From the NCBI RefSeq assembly GCF_023055435.1, contig NW_025964223.1, positions 6,138,001-6,202,000 on the forward strand: 64,000 nucleotides of DNA, in the 5' to 3' direction. Source of the stretch: Haliotis rufescens (Eukaryota). The translations under genes were made by a program, and so were the position numbers. Shown here in pieces: positions 25,552 through 38,083 of this stretch. Below the pieces are notes generated by a model. That model saw nothing but the letters and a program-made list of their open reading frames with translations, made no database searches and was not told the DNA's origin. Numbering within the stretch: position 1 is the first letter of the stretch; each line of letters opens with the position of its first letter.

Positions 25552-26364
25552 AACAAGTATTTGTCACAAAATGACAAAATGTCCCCCGCGTGTATATACA
25601 CCATAGTACCAAATATGAAGACAATCCAGCGATTAGTTCTTGAGATATCGCAGCAACACCGTTTTCCAACTCAAAAAGCAGATTTGCCTGCTGTGACCTT
25701 GAAAATGGGGTCAAGGTCACCAAAACCAACTGGTGTCTGCGGAGTCTGTATATACACCATAGTTCCAAATATGAAGACAATCCAGCGATTAGTTCTTGAG
25801 ATATCGCGGCAACACCGTTTTCCAACACCAAAAGCAGATTTAACTGCTGTGACCTTGAAAATGAGGTTAAGGTCACCAAAACCAACTGGTGTCTGTGGAG
25901 TCTGTATATACACCATAGTTCCAAATATGAAGACAATCCAGTGTTTAGTTCTTGAGATATCGCAGCAACACCATTTTCCAACTCCAAAAGCAGATTTGAC
26001 TGCTGTGACCTTGAAAATGAGGTCAAGGTCACCAAAACCATCTGGTGTCCATGGAGTCTGTATATACACCATAGTTCCAAATATGAAAACAATCCAGTGT
26101 TTAGTTCTTGAGATATCGCGGCAACACCGTTTTCCAACTACAAAAGCAGATTTGACTGCTGTGACCTTGAAAATGAGGTCATGGTCACCAAAACCAACTG
26201 GTGTCTGTGGAGTCTGTATATACACCATAGTTCGAAAGATGAAGACAATCCAGTGTTTAGTTCTTGAGATATTGCGGCAACAAACAGGTGGGACATACGG
26301 ACGTACGGACGGTTGTGAATACTATATCCCCCGCTTCGCGCTTTCGCGCGGCGGGGGACAATAA
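25552..26364. mobile_element. Helentron-associated non-autonomous element (HINE / pearl-like) with 156-bp tandem core
   Basis: Subterminal inverted motif atgtcccccgc ... gcgggggacaat, 4.4 x 156-bp units containing gtgaccttgaaaatgaggtcaaggtcacc, an (ACGG)-like microsatellite, and a 3' GC hairpin. Confidence 0.8.
25591..26282. repeat. 156-bp tandem repeat, 4.4 copies
   Basis: tgtatatacaccatag recurs at 25591, 25747, 25903, 26059 and 26215. Confidence 0.95.
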
Positions 26365-26879
26365 TCAAATGTTACGAAAAGACGTCATATGAACAGAAAG
26401 AACAATGTGTACTAAGAATGTTAGTGTGCTAATAAGGACACGAAACTGCTAAGGGGCGTTGACAATAAAGAAAGCCACAACTGGCTTGTTCCGCTGTGTA
26501 TATGATAACTGCATGCCGAGGTGCACAATGTATTACTTCATTTTCATGGCATCTGAAAAACTAACGTTTGGTGAGAATAGCGCTCACGCGACACTATTAA
26601 ATTATACAGAGATGTAAAATGTTCACTTTCCTGTCTGATGGTGTGGTGTAAAAGTAACTGCAAATATTAAACCGACTTGAAAAAGAGACACTGCTAAGTG
26701 TTGTCTGAGATTTTATGTGTAAAAAAACCCAGCAAATGTCGCCACTTATCATCATATACCGATATAAGTACTGTGCAACAATTTGTTTTATTTAACAGCT
26801 TTTCGGAAACTATGAGCGAACAAAATGCTGCCTAATATCTGAACGCCAAAAATATATATCAAATAGATTTGCATGCATA

Positions 26880-27294
26880 TAGGGCTGGGATGGGTAACTC
26901 GGGTACCCAGGCCGGGTGGATACTGAGTAGGACCCGGGTACCCACTGGACTACCCAGACCCGTAGTTAGTTACGTGATATATTGTTTAATGACAAAAATG
27001 ATCTAGAACTCTATGGTTACACTACAAGTCACTAATGTTCGCATTTCTTTCTGACTATGCACCCGTTCCTTAATATTTTTCATATGGCTGAATAAAGATA
27101 TAACTTAATTCAACTTAAGGGAACGAATGACCAAATTGTTTAATACATGTATCTAAATGCGTTTTGCCAGGGCTATGCTAAAAATGTTCCCAATCAGACT
27201 TTTTAAGACATCTCCTGAGGCCTACAGTGGGTATCTGGGTATGTAATAGAGGGGTTGGTACCCGTTTAGTAAAATTGGACTCGTCCAAGCCCTA
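26880..27294. mobile_element. hAT-family MITE
   Basis: TIR tagggctgggatgggt / actcgtccaagcccta, perfect 8-bp TSD catgcata (26872-79 / 27295-302), and subterminal gggtaccc motifs. Confidence 0.85.
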
Positions 27295-30023
27295 CATGCA
27301 TATATATAATGTTATACATTCAATAGGAAAAATAGCTTGCCATGAACTAGGTTGACACAGTGCACAATTCTCATACAACATTCACTTTTCAGATGTTATG
27401 AAAATGTGTTTCTGAAACATAACTCGGCATCATAACTACCTCATGTTGCATCAAGCAAAAAGGCCCTTTCCCGGTGACGATGCATAAACACAACATGTAT
27501 ATAAACAATGTGTACAATATACATATGTGACATCAGAGGGTGGTGTACAACAAATGACGTAATACATTGTGCAGCTCGGCACACAGTTCATATGCACAGC
27601 GGAACAAGACGATTAAACTCAGATTTTTGTACTAATTGCAGCGCCATCTTCAATGTCAACGTCCTTTAGCTGTTTAGTGTCCCTTTGTGTGCACTGACGT
27701 TCTTTAGTACACATTGTTCTTTCTTTTCATATGACGTCTTTCATAACACTTGACTATTATATTTCATACTTTGACCTTTACTTTAGCTTTGTATTTTTGA
27801 ATCAGCATCTGTTTGTTTTGTATTTTGACTTTTATTAGTAACATTTACTACTTTCTCCGTAACATTTGACTATTATTATGTACTTTTGTCCTTTGTTTCA
27901 ACTTTGTATTGTTTGACTGAATGGCCACCCATACTCTTTCTCTCTGCCAAGTGAAGTTGAGCTGTGATTGTAATGTCAGTGAAATCAGCATGGGCTACAT
28001 ATTGATTTTACCATACATAGGATATATGTATGTATATTTATATACCCTGACAGCTGGTGATACAAGATACAGCATGTGTTGAAACTCAGCTATCACTGCT
28101 GGTGAATATCTTTCAATATGATGCTGTTCAGCCTGACATATATATGATCGTCAAATGATATGTCTAACATTCCCCAATTTGTGTGCTAATGATAATGTTT
28201 ATATAGATTTGTATTGGTATGATGTGTGTCTGCCATGAACTTGTCTGGTTAATGATGGGTCTACAGTTGGAGATTTTGTGACAGTTACTTAACTTTTAGA
28301 TGATTCAGAAAACATACTTTGAATGCATTATTACACTTAATTTCAATTTTAAAGAATAATTGAGTGAGTTCTTACATGCCTTAGGTATTACAGCAGTCTC
28401 ACAGAATGGACAATAAGAAATGAACTGTGATCTTTAGTATGGCTAATACTTCATCCACTATGCCCCTCCCACACCATAGGGCAGAGACACAGCTCTGTCT
28501 GGCATATGATGTGCCAATAAAGCATAAAGACAGACAAGGATAAGTTTATTGGCATTTGGACATCGCACAATTGCTACCATTTATCACATCAAACATAAAC
28601 TTCAAGAATTCTGAAAACATAAATGTTCGCCTTAGAGATATGATATGACACATATATTCTCGCAGGAAATATCTTAACTGATAACTATTATCAGAGCCAT
28701 ACATTTTTTCATCTTCTGGCAATTCTTCTAAAAAATCACACATTTTTTTAAAAATGATAAAATTTTGCCCAAGGACCCAACAGACCATATAGTGTTGACT
28801 CCACACAAGGCAGCCATATCCGTCCCAGATATAATATTTATACAACCAAATGTCAGATGTGAGCCCACTGATCTACATCAGAAGTTAGTATAACAGTAAG
28901 TTGTTAATGGTATCCAAATGCAGGAACACTATGACTTTATTTACAGCTAAAGTAATGTCCCTTTCCTCTCTACAAACTGTAATATGTTCTGCCCTAGTCA
29001 GCTACTTGTAAATTCATTACAAATCTCTGAATAGACAAGACTGGGTCTACGAAGCAGTGATATGAAACTCATTGCCATGGCTCTCTGGCGCGAAATGCTG
29101 ATTCGTGATAAAAGTGGCCAGTCAGGATGGTGTATCGGACCAATGTCCATACCCGAATTAACTGTTTTATGGACATAGGTCCATTTTCTTTATGGCTACT
29201 TCCATGTTAGCGAGGACATTACTTGGAGATGCTGTGACTATTTATCATATACAATGACATTTATGCATCATGAAATTTGAAAAAAATAGTGCAATAAAAA
29301 TGTTCAAAGAGTGCAATCTTTGGTAACTGACAGGGTGTTAATGGCGGTGATGCCTGTTACCCTCGGACCAACATCATAGGATAACAGCCTTCATTGAAAT
29401 TATAACTACTCAATAAAAAGTACTGACTCAGTTATGGAAGGTGTCTATTTGTAAATGATGAAAAAAACGAAAAAGGAAGATCAAAAGAGAAGTTCTAAAT
29501 GCCTTGACTATTTAATGATGAACTATTTAAAATAGATACTGGCATATCTCATTTCAGAGCACAAGACATGTCAAGTATACTGTTTTATTTCTCTTTCATG
29601 GCAATGTTTGATCATGCAGGAATCTAATACTATAAAAAAGTTGAAATACTAATACGCCTAAGTAGCAGTACCTCATCATCCAGGACCATTTCTTATTTAG
29701 ATCATGATCTGCCAAAAATACCAAGGTATTAAGTGAATTTGAGTGTTTTTTTCTATTGACCAAACAATTATTTTTAAGTTAATTACATGTGTATTATTTC
29801 TCTGACAGATCATTTACAACACTATAAGGGTTGGACAAAAGTCATAGGGATAAGAAAGATATGTCTGAAGGAATACAGTACATTTGTGATAGTATGCATC
29901 ATTTCTGGTACTGAGAACAGACACAATTCATTCACTATTGCTGCTTTGATGCAGATCTTCTTTTTCCTCTTTTTATCCTCCAACTGCAAGGTCTTGAGGA
30001 AATAAGCCCTCAGCCCTGAAGCA

Positions 30024-30527
30024 GTGAAGAGGTGAGGTCAATGGGGTTTAACATCGCGTCCAAGATTATTGCACTTATATAGTGACATGCATGCACGTGT
30101 TTGAGTATGTGTGTGGCTGCTAGTCCGGACTAATGATGGTGTTATAGTGCTAGCCCAATGAGATACCATGCCACAGTATAACATGGATACCTCACTTAGA
30201 CACAGTATACTGACTCCGACCTGACCAGTCCTTGTTTTAGCCCTTTAATGCCAAGCGCCAGGTAGGGTATCAAGTACCATCTTTCTATGTCTTTTGGAAT
30301 CTAACCACTGATGCTTTAAGGTTTTTCAGCACCATGTCCATGCCTGTAGGTTTCACCAAAGTGGTAAACATCCGAGATGTGCATACCTTCGGGCTAATTT
30401 CCTCCCACATCAAGCTGACCCACCGTGATATAACTGGAACACTGTTAAAAGCAGCAATAAAGCAATTCACTCACTCACACAAACCACTGCCATTCCGCTC
30501 TCCAGGCACTAGACCATGGAGATGGTC
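30024..30527 (-). mobile_element. SINE family 2 (Meta/MESC-like), interrupted by a family-1 SINE
   Basis: 30024-30310 matches the family-2 tail and core; 30482-30527 matches the head of the 63025-63533 copy. Confidence 0.8.
30311..30481 (+). mobile_element. SINE family 1, 5'-truncated
   Basis: Homologous to ~3945-4116; flanked by aaccactg (30303-10 / 30482-89). Confidence 0.8.
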
Positions 30528-30944
30528 CGGAAAATATGTTCACAGTTCACAGCAAAAAGACACAGATTCCATCCACTTACATGAAACGTCTATGTGTGTT
30601 AATGTTAGAACAAAATGATGTAACTGTTATCTTCAACAGTCGCAACTTTTTATGCTACATATGAAAAAAACACCTCGGGAATACTTAATTTCAAGCACCC
30701 AGGGAAATAGATCAAACTTGCGATGGAAGTTCCAACATCAAAAGAATGTAAGATCTGATATTAGCACTGTAAGGGATTTGTCTGAGGCTATATGTATCTC
30801 ATGAGAGATTTTTCTCACATTTACAGGAACAATTTACTTTCTATATCGAACAATAGATAATAAAATAATCAGAAGGAATGACGATGCAGACATGTAATTC
30901 ATTTCCCCGAAACCAATATCCACAATGAATCAGGAGTCTTGTGT

Positions 30945-31061
30945 GTTATGGGTTTCCTATGCTATGTGTCCTTGAAGATCCTATTGTAGAGTAAGGGAGT
31001 GAGAGAGTAAGAGAATGAGAGTGAGAATATGTTGTGAGAGAGTGAGACAGAAGGAGAGAGA

Positions 31062-31099
<38 letters not shown>

Positions 31100-31270
31100 G
31101 TATGTTTCATCTACTTTACACTAACAAACAAGTTTTACCAGATCCCAATAACTAAAAGAGGTAGGTTAGTCTGGTGTGATATGGGTTCCCTATGCTATGA
31201 GCATAGAGTCCTTGGAGATTTTATTGTAGATTGAGGGAGAGAAAGAGAGAGTGATGAGTAAGAAATAGAG
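30945..31270. repeat. Old tandem duplication (~235-bp period) with a (GA)n microsatellite (~31050-31098)
   Basis: tatgggtt(t/c)cctatgctatg...gtccttg(a/g)agat...attgtaga...gggag followed by a GA-rich tract occurs twice. Confidence 0.75.
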
Positions 31271-33693
31271 TGTGGATGAGTGAGAGTGAGTGAGTGAGTG
31301 AGTGTTTAACGCTGCTGTCATCAATATTCCAGCCATATCAAAGTATTCATTAAATAAATCAGACCCAATCACATCAGTGACTGATATCATGAGCAAAGAT
31401 CAACACCATTGGGAGTTACCCAAGGATCATTACCCAGAATAACCTTGGAATTCTACCAATAATCAGCAGATCCAACTGATAGAACATAGTAAGCCTTACA
31501 GCCTTCGACCACTGAGCCACTCTGCTGGTAATCTTCACTTGAAGACTATTGACCATAGCAAACAGATGTCTACACCAACATTCCCACCCCAAGTCAGAAA
31601 TACACCTCCTGAAAAAAATTGCAAGCAAAGTTTATCTGACTGAAATATGTTACTTGCCAGACAAAGTCACCGAGTTCTGCTGAATACATAGTCTGTGGAA
31701 GGAATCATCTATTTATGATTTTTTCAAATAAAAGATAGACAGATCACACTTAGACAGAAATATACTTAAAACTAACAGCTGTTTTCTCAAACTGTTCTTT
31801 CAAACTGTTCTCACAAACAGTCAGTACCACGTCCTCTTTATTTTCTGGACAAACATTGAAAAACAGGAAAGTTTTAAAAGTTTGTAGAACCTCTATGCTA
31901 CAAGCGATTAGAAGGAAGTCAAATCAGTTCACAACACCACACTGGTGCTAATGTGTTCCTTGGAATAAGTCCAAGTCAAATACATTAGACAAACACGGAA
32001 CATTTACACAGGTCAACAAACACTGTAGTTTTAAATGTTTCAAAGCCTCCAAGTGGATGAGACAGATCTCTCATGAGAAATATTTCAAGCTTAAGGCAAT
32101 ATACTAAGAGAATAAAGTGATGAATAGCTTTACTTGAAAAGTTTAAAATGCATTTTGCAAATACTTTAGAAATAACAGTAAGTACCCCCAAAGACATAAC
32201 AAGTAAAATTCTAAGACATCAGATATTTAATTTTCAAGCTTTGATTACGGACAAAACATGACTTATGTATGGACCCAGAAAAAGAAAGTTTTCAACAAAC
32301 AATGTTTTGTGTGAATATGTCTGAAACAGTAGTCTGTTTTATTCAATGCATTAACACCCCTATCGGTTTCATTTGGAAGAAGGAACTATTTTTTTCTATA
32401 TTTCCGGCACTGAAATGGGCTTGTGTGTCAGAGGTAATAAAGGTTTAGGGCTAAACTAAATCAAGCGATTGAGGTATATCTCAGCTCAATATTTTTTCAC
32501 CGTCTCAGCCTGGAGGCATAACAACATTGCAAAGGCCATGGCGTGGGCCTTAAATAGCATGTGTGGTACCACTGTCACTGCTCCTGAAGCAAATCCTCCA
32601 CTGTCTACTGACTTATAAACATAGAATGCAATTTTTTCAAATCGTGGAAAAATATTCACTTCACCGATCATTTACAACAAAAAACAATTTGACAAATTGT
32701 TGAAGTCTGTGATACTTTCATTTATCTCCCAAACCATTACTAATGTTCATCTGCTTGAACAGAGCGAAGTCTCACTCTAATGTTGCTTTCATAGATGCGA
32801 CACACAAAAAACATTCACACATAACAGTTTGTCTGACTGGGAACTAAATTAGCATCAATCATCAATAAGCACTGTTATTAAATAAATCAAATGTATAAGT
32901 TGTGTGTTCTTGACTTTGATTTATTTTTTTATTGTTACAAAAACAGACATGTAATAAGACAACAATCCATATTCCGACTTCAAGGATTCTGTGTTGCAAA
33001 CACAATTGAATGAAGTACCTCCATTCCTGAATTACAACTTCCCCACAACAGATAATTACATTAACAGGTATTAAGACAACTGCAAGACGTACAACATTCC
33101 TATTTCATTAGCATTAAAAAAGACAACAGACACAACATCTGCAGACAGGAACAAGTGTAAGGCCCTCACTAAGGGTCCGCCAGCAATGTGAGCTGCCTGC
33201 TTTGTGTTCCCCGTCAGTGTTGTGTTTATCTGCTACCTCTTTTCTTCAGCCAACAACACCAACATATTTACGACTGTTGCAACACTGAACTCTACCTAGG
33301 TAATAGGAGACATATGCTCATCATTTTAACAGAGCTTTGGAATTTGTGCCAATATTGGTGTCTTAAAGCCTCAAATAAATGTACACTGGCATTTTCTGAA
33401 AAGGATTCATACAGATCAGACTTGACTATAAATTTATTATTTCTAAGATTTAATGGATTTTGGTTTCTAAAACTGCATTTTAGTTAAATAAACAAAAAGT
33501 GAATAAATGTACAAGATCATTTAAATCAAATCAAGATCTAATTCAGGTCTCTGTCCATCTCAAAATATAAGATTTGCCTAACATTACCACTGATAAGGTT
33601 ACTTCATAGATCACACAACTGATCAAGAAAACAATTACTTCTCATGTAACCAATATAGAATATAACAGTTCTTAGACACTTCTAAAGCCATGG

Positions 33694-33778
33694 GTGCCCG
33701 TCGGGTTGCCTAGTGGTTAAAGCGTGATATTGCTGGAATATTGCTAAAAGTGGCGTAAAACCATACTCACTCACTCAC
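33694..33778 (+). mobile_element. Internally deleted family-3 SINE
   Basis: Head ...gcctagtggttaaagcgt joined directly to the gatattgctggaatattgctaaaag tail; perfect 13-bp TSD tctaaagccatgg. Confidence 0.85.
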
Positions 33779-34049
33779 TCTAAAGCCATGGAAGTGTAAC
33801 CCAACCATGTTCTCATCCTATCGGCATATAGGAATGTAAGCCGGAAGACATGCACATTCTTTGTATAATAACAAAAAGTGGGCTTCTAAGGTTTAAAAAA
33901 AAACTGTGAAAAGAAGTACAGAATTTGTGAGCTAACTGAAGGTGTTTATATTGCAAGGAAACAGAGGATTTATGGTAGCGTTGTATTTACCCAGTGTACT
34001 TACTGCATGGGGAAAGAACCCTGCCTGTTATTTTTAAACAGCCTATGAT

Positions 34050-34817
34050 GATGGCTTTTGTCAATCTTTTCTCTTCCAAGGTAATTCAGTGCACCATTTG
34101 GGTGATACCTGGTTATTTAGAGAAAAGGGCTCACAAAAATAGCACTTCTTGGGCAAAAATATTTCTTGAGTTTAGACATGATGGCTCACTGTGTAAAGGG
34201 TTAAAACTGTTTGTTAATGAATAGTGAATAAGATATTTGCAGTTAAAACTGTTTGTTAATGAATAGTGAATAAGATATTTGCCATGGAACTGACTCATCC
34301 GAATTTGTAAAATTTACATTCTGAAATCTGAAATCATTAACAATGCTTACAAAACGCAAAAATCTTTGTTAGATTGTGAACCATATTTATCTATGCAGCT
34401 TTCATATTTACAGAAAAGATTGTTGGCTAAATTCAGATCTGGATGTAATAATTTGGGTATACAATATTACCGAAAAAGAATATTTATTTTGGTGATCCAA
34501 AGATTTTTTGTAAACATTGTGGATCAGTTGAAGATGAAGCACATGTTGTAGATGTATGCATGTTCTATGAAGATAAGTGTAAGGAATTACTACCAAGATT
34601 AAACAATAACCAGTACCACTCACTTAAATGTTTGTGTACCTCAAAAGGTATTAATATTTTAGTTCCATTTACTAAGTTTCTCGAATGTATTTTCATTTGA
34701 TAAACCCCATTATTATTCATATGCATAATATAAGTTAATATGAGAGTAGTGATAACTCTAAAAGTATTTGTAATACTATTTGTACTTTGGTCATGTGGCC
34801 TGAAATGCAGTAAAACA

Positions 34818-34850
<33 letters not shown>
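34050..34850 (+). mobile_element. LINE 3' fragment (RTE-X-like C-terminus) with (TGTC)n tail
   Basis: Peptides SWAKI, RLLAKFRSGCNNLGIQ, and after a frameshift CKHCGSVEDEAHVVDVC (CCHC knuckle typical of non-LTR ORF2 ends). Ends with (TGTC)8 and contains a 42-bp tandem duplication at 34200-34282. Confidence 0.65.
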
Positions 34851-35899
34851 GAAGGATCCCTATTAAAAATTATATCCATGCTGGTTTAGATTCAAGTTTG
34901 TATGTTGCCACTTGAGGCAATATGAACACATCAAAGAATAGAATGTATTAATCACCCAAGCCATGAACATGAAATGGGAATAAACTGACAAATCTTAATA
35001 TCAAAGCAACTACACAGGTTCTATAACTCAGCAATACTTCCATCTTGGAGAAATGATATTGAAAATCTGTACAAGATTTATAGATTTTGAACTAGCATCA
35101 AATGAACATTTTACAAATGGTCTCTTTCCCAAGTTCATCCAGATATGAGTGGTCTTGCAACATGAAGCCAGATATTAATTCATTGTATTTCAAACAATGG
35201 GAAATAAACTGCAGTAGCCACTATAATTAAATTTGAGATGAAATCTCAGAGCAAATTCCCATCACACCACCTCTTGGCTATTTGCCACATACAATTTCAG
35301 CATCATAGATTGAAAATAAATTTGTTGTGAGCAAGAACTTTGACTGACTCTAATTCTTTGTCACATCTCAAAGGCAATATTTGACACAAAATCTGCTTTG
35401 ATGTTCATAATATAGGACCTAGCTCTGATATAAGAAGTAACCTTTCCTGCCAGCATGATTTCAACATCTTGTATCTTTTACATAAGCCATCACAAGTAAG
35501 AAAATCAATAATATTCTGCAACATCTCCCTATAATCTACTTGATGATAACTCACTTTTCAGTAATAACTTGTATATACACACTGAGCATTTACAGAACTA
35601 GTGAATCATATTCAGACAGTCTGTAAGGAAATCAATGTAGTACATTTGTTAATAATCTGGACCTTTCAAACATAAAATTTTGTGACGGGGCAATCCAAAT
35701 CTTAAAATGTTCACTACTTTGGGGAAAAACCCAATAGACTGGTGAATACATGAGTGAAAAAAAATATTGGTTACCCAATGAAAAATGTAATAACCCATTT
35801 AAAATAGAAACCCTGGAGTAAAACCTCAATTGCTCAAAAAGTTATCTGGAGATCTGAGAAATGTATTTTGGTTTCTTCCAACCAAGCAGCATTTTATGA

Positions 35900-37500
35900 A
35901 GTCAGTTGCAGTTCCCTATTTTGACTTGTACCGTATGTTCCCATGTTTTTTTTCAGGTGAGCAATTGACTTGCCTTTGCATGTGTTTGTGATGGGTGCCA
36001 CCAGTGGGGCAGGATACGCTCAGTTTTCACAAACACCTGGTATCATCACTATTTGATAGTGATTCATAAACACATGCTTATGATATACAGTGATCGCTCG
36101 CTATTGCGCTCTTCGATAAAGCGCTACTTCGGTTATTACGCGCGGTAACGCATGGCTCCCAAAATTTATGTACACTTTTAATACTGAGAGTTTTACACAG
36201 ACATGATTGTATTGTTGTTCGTTGTTTATTTGCACATAACGCTTCTCATTGCATAATCAACGGTTTATCGCTGAATGGAGTTCTAATAATCTGTTTGAAA
36301 ATATCCGCGGCAAGTCCCGGAAATACGATTGTTCAACTAGTTAACTTTTCACACTATACATCCTTTGATCTTAGAAGCGCATGCATGCAATAAAAGAGAA
36401 CCACAAGTGAAGTTTATATTCTTAATTAGTGGGCAATCCAATTTAAGGCTAAACTGTCACACAAATGTAGTTGCTGTCACAACACGGCGGTCATTCATTT
36501 CGTAATCGCGCTTTCGTAACATCGCCTGTTTTTTCCCCGTAGTTATAACAAGCGATTTCATTGGATTAAAATTTGTTTCTAATGACGCTTTCTTGCCGAA
36601 ATCTGCTACAAGTTTCGTGATTGGTCAATTTTGAGCACGTGACCTCAGGCAGCCAATCAAGCTTTGATACAAAGCTCGTGTTTGATAAATTTCAGAAGTT
36701 AGCGAAAGATTTTTTGTTAAATCGTGTTATTCTGAACGTTTTAAGCAGGAAATCACGATATATATTAAAAATATGGAACTTCGCGAATGTATCGTGCTAG
36801 GTTACGAGCTGTGACAAAGATTTTTCATGCATATATTTTTGCATTAAACGTTGTGTCCGAGCCGAGAATTCAAGGCGACGAAAGCCGAGATGTCATTTGA
36901 CTTACATTACACGCGATCGCACAAAACGATGGAAATAATAACTTAGATGTAAGTTTGATTACTTTTAGATATATTTTTGTTGATATTATTTATCACTTTG
37001 TATAATATATTTAAAGATTTGCTTAAAATAGTCTATATTTTGCTCTTTGACATGTTCGATGCGGACCCGTTGTCGAAATGTGTGTCCGAGAATTTTATTT
37101 TCAATAACATCGCGGGAAATAGTGAATAATTTTTTAATTTATTGATAAAAAATGATAAATTAGAATGGAATACGTATTTCAGACATTGTGAAATATGACA
37201 GATTTAATAAATGAATGATATTACAGGTAGATCTAGGTCCATAAAAATATATACTATTTTGACGTGACGTGAGATAAACACATAGGCCTATTGATGATTT
37301 GAGATTTGCCGAGCGCGCTCCCCCGCCTCGGCTTCGGTTAAACGGCTCATCGTCTATAACGCCCACCAATTATTTGGACCCCATTGGTAGCGCAATAGCG
37401 AGCGATCACTGTAGTCGGGATGGCACAATTGACTCTGCTTTTGGCAGAGATTTCTTATGAATATGGAAAGGGTTTTGTTGCTTTTATTTATATTCATGAC
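35900..37500 (+). mobile_element. Naiad-type PLE 3'-UTR fragment (family A) split by a MITE
   Basis: 35900-36087 and 37412-37500 join to give a sequence colinear with ~56590-56850. Confidence 0.85.
36088..37411. mobile_element. Tc1/mariner (pogo/Tigger-like) non-autonomous element, young
   Basis: Perfect 23-bp TIR cagtgatcgctcgctattgcgct / agcgcaatagcgagcgatcactg, TA TSD, CpG-rich interior. Confidence 0.9.
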
Positions 37501-37535
37501 AGTGAGTTGCACAGTTCATATTACCAGTGGATCTT

Positions 37536-37787
37536 GACCTATGAAGATCCTGGGTAGAACAGGTCTTCAGCAATCCATGCTTGCCGTAAATCGCGACTAT
37601 GCTTGTCGTATGAGATGACTAACGGGATCGGTTGGTCAGGATCGCTGACTGATTGATCCCAATTGAGTGGATTGATGCTCATGATGTAAAATACTGGACT
37701 GTCTGGTCCAGACTATTATCAGTTATTAACAGACTACCATCATATATCTGTATTGCAGAGTGCGGCGTTAAACAACAAACAAACAAA
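37536..37787 (+). mobile_element. SINE-like family 4, full length
   Basis: Starts gacctatgaagatcc and ends (AAAC)n; flanks share accagtg. Confidence 0.85.
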
Positions 37788-37865
37788 ACCAGTGCGTCTC
37801 CATCTTATTAATTACCACACAAATTAAAGTATCCTGATAAGCATAGAGTGCTCAAGTCCCATTGC

Positions 37866-38083
37866 AGGGGAGTGGAGGGGCAGACATGGTCAAGAGTTCT
37901 CTCCCCTACTTGTACGAAGATTGAATGATTTAACCGTAGCCTCAACTTGGTGGGTTTCACCAAAGAGGTATTTGACAACAACCTATGTCAGTTTTTGCTT
38001 TCCTCTGACAGTTAGCAGAGAAGTCCCTTGATACAACACCTGAAGTACTGTTCAAAGGAGCATGGAACGCCACTCACTCACTG
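37866..38083 (+). mobile_element. Old SINE related to family 1
   Basis: gtgggtttcaccaaagaggta and gctttcctc motifs as in family 1, plus a cactcactcact tail. Confidence 0.45.

Larger units (their letters stand above)
25377..27933. mobile_element. Non-autonomous foldback DNA transposon with long (~370 bp) TIRs, IS3EU-like
   Basis: 25377-25551 plus 26365-26545 is an inverted copy of 27550-27933. Termini are TATG...CATA, with a flanking 6-bp near-duplicate cacttt (25371-76) / ctcttt (27934-39). Confidence 0.7.

Noticed and set aside
25535-26368. Protein-coding genes from the 185-267 aa ORFs
   Set aside because: By-product of the 156-bp (52-codon) tandem core of a HINE.
35150-35560. Ancient LINE APE endonuclease remnant on the minus strand (DVEIMLAG...)
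   Set aside because: The catalytic GDFN and SDH motifs are not preserved; similarity is impressionistic.
35993-36080. Canonical HDV-like ribozyme fold for the PLE 3' motif
   Set aside because: Family A can be drawn with GGGCA/UGCUY as P2, but that pairing has no counterpart in family B and competes with the better-supported outer stem, so an HDV assignment is not supported.
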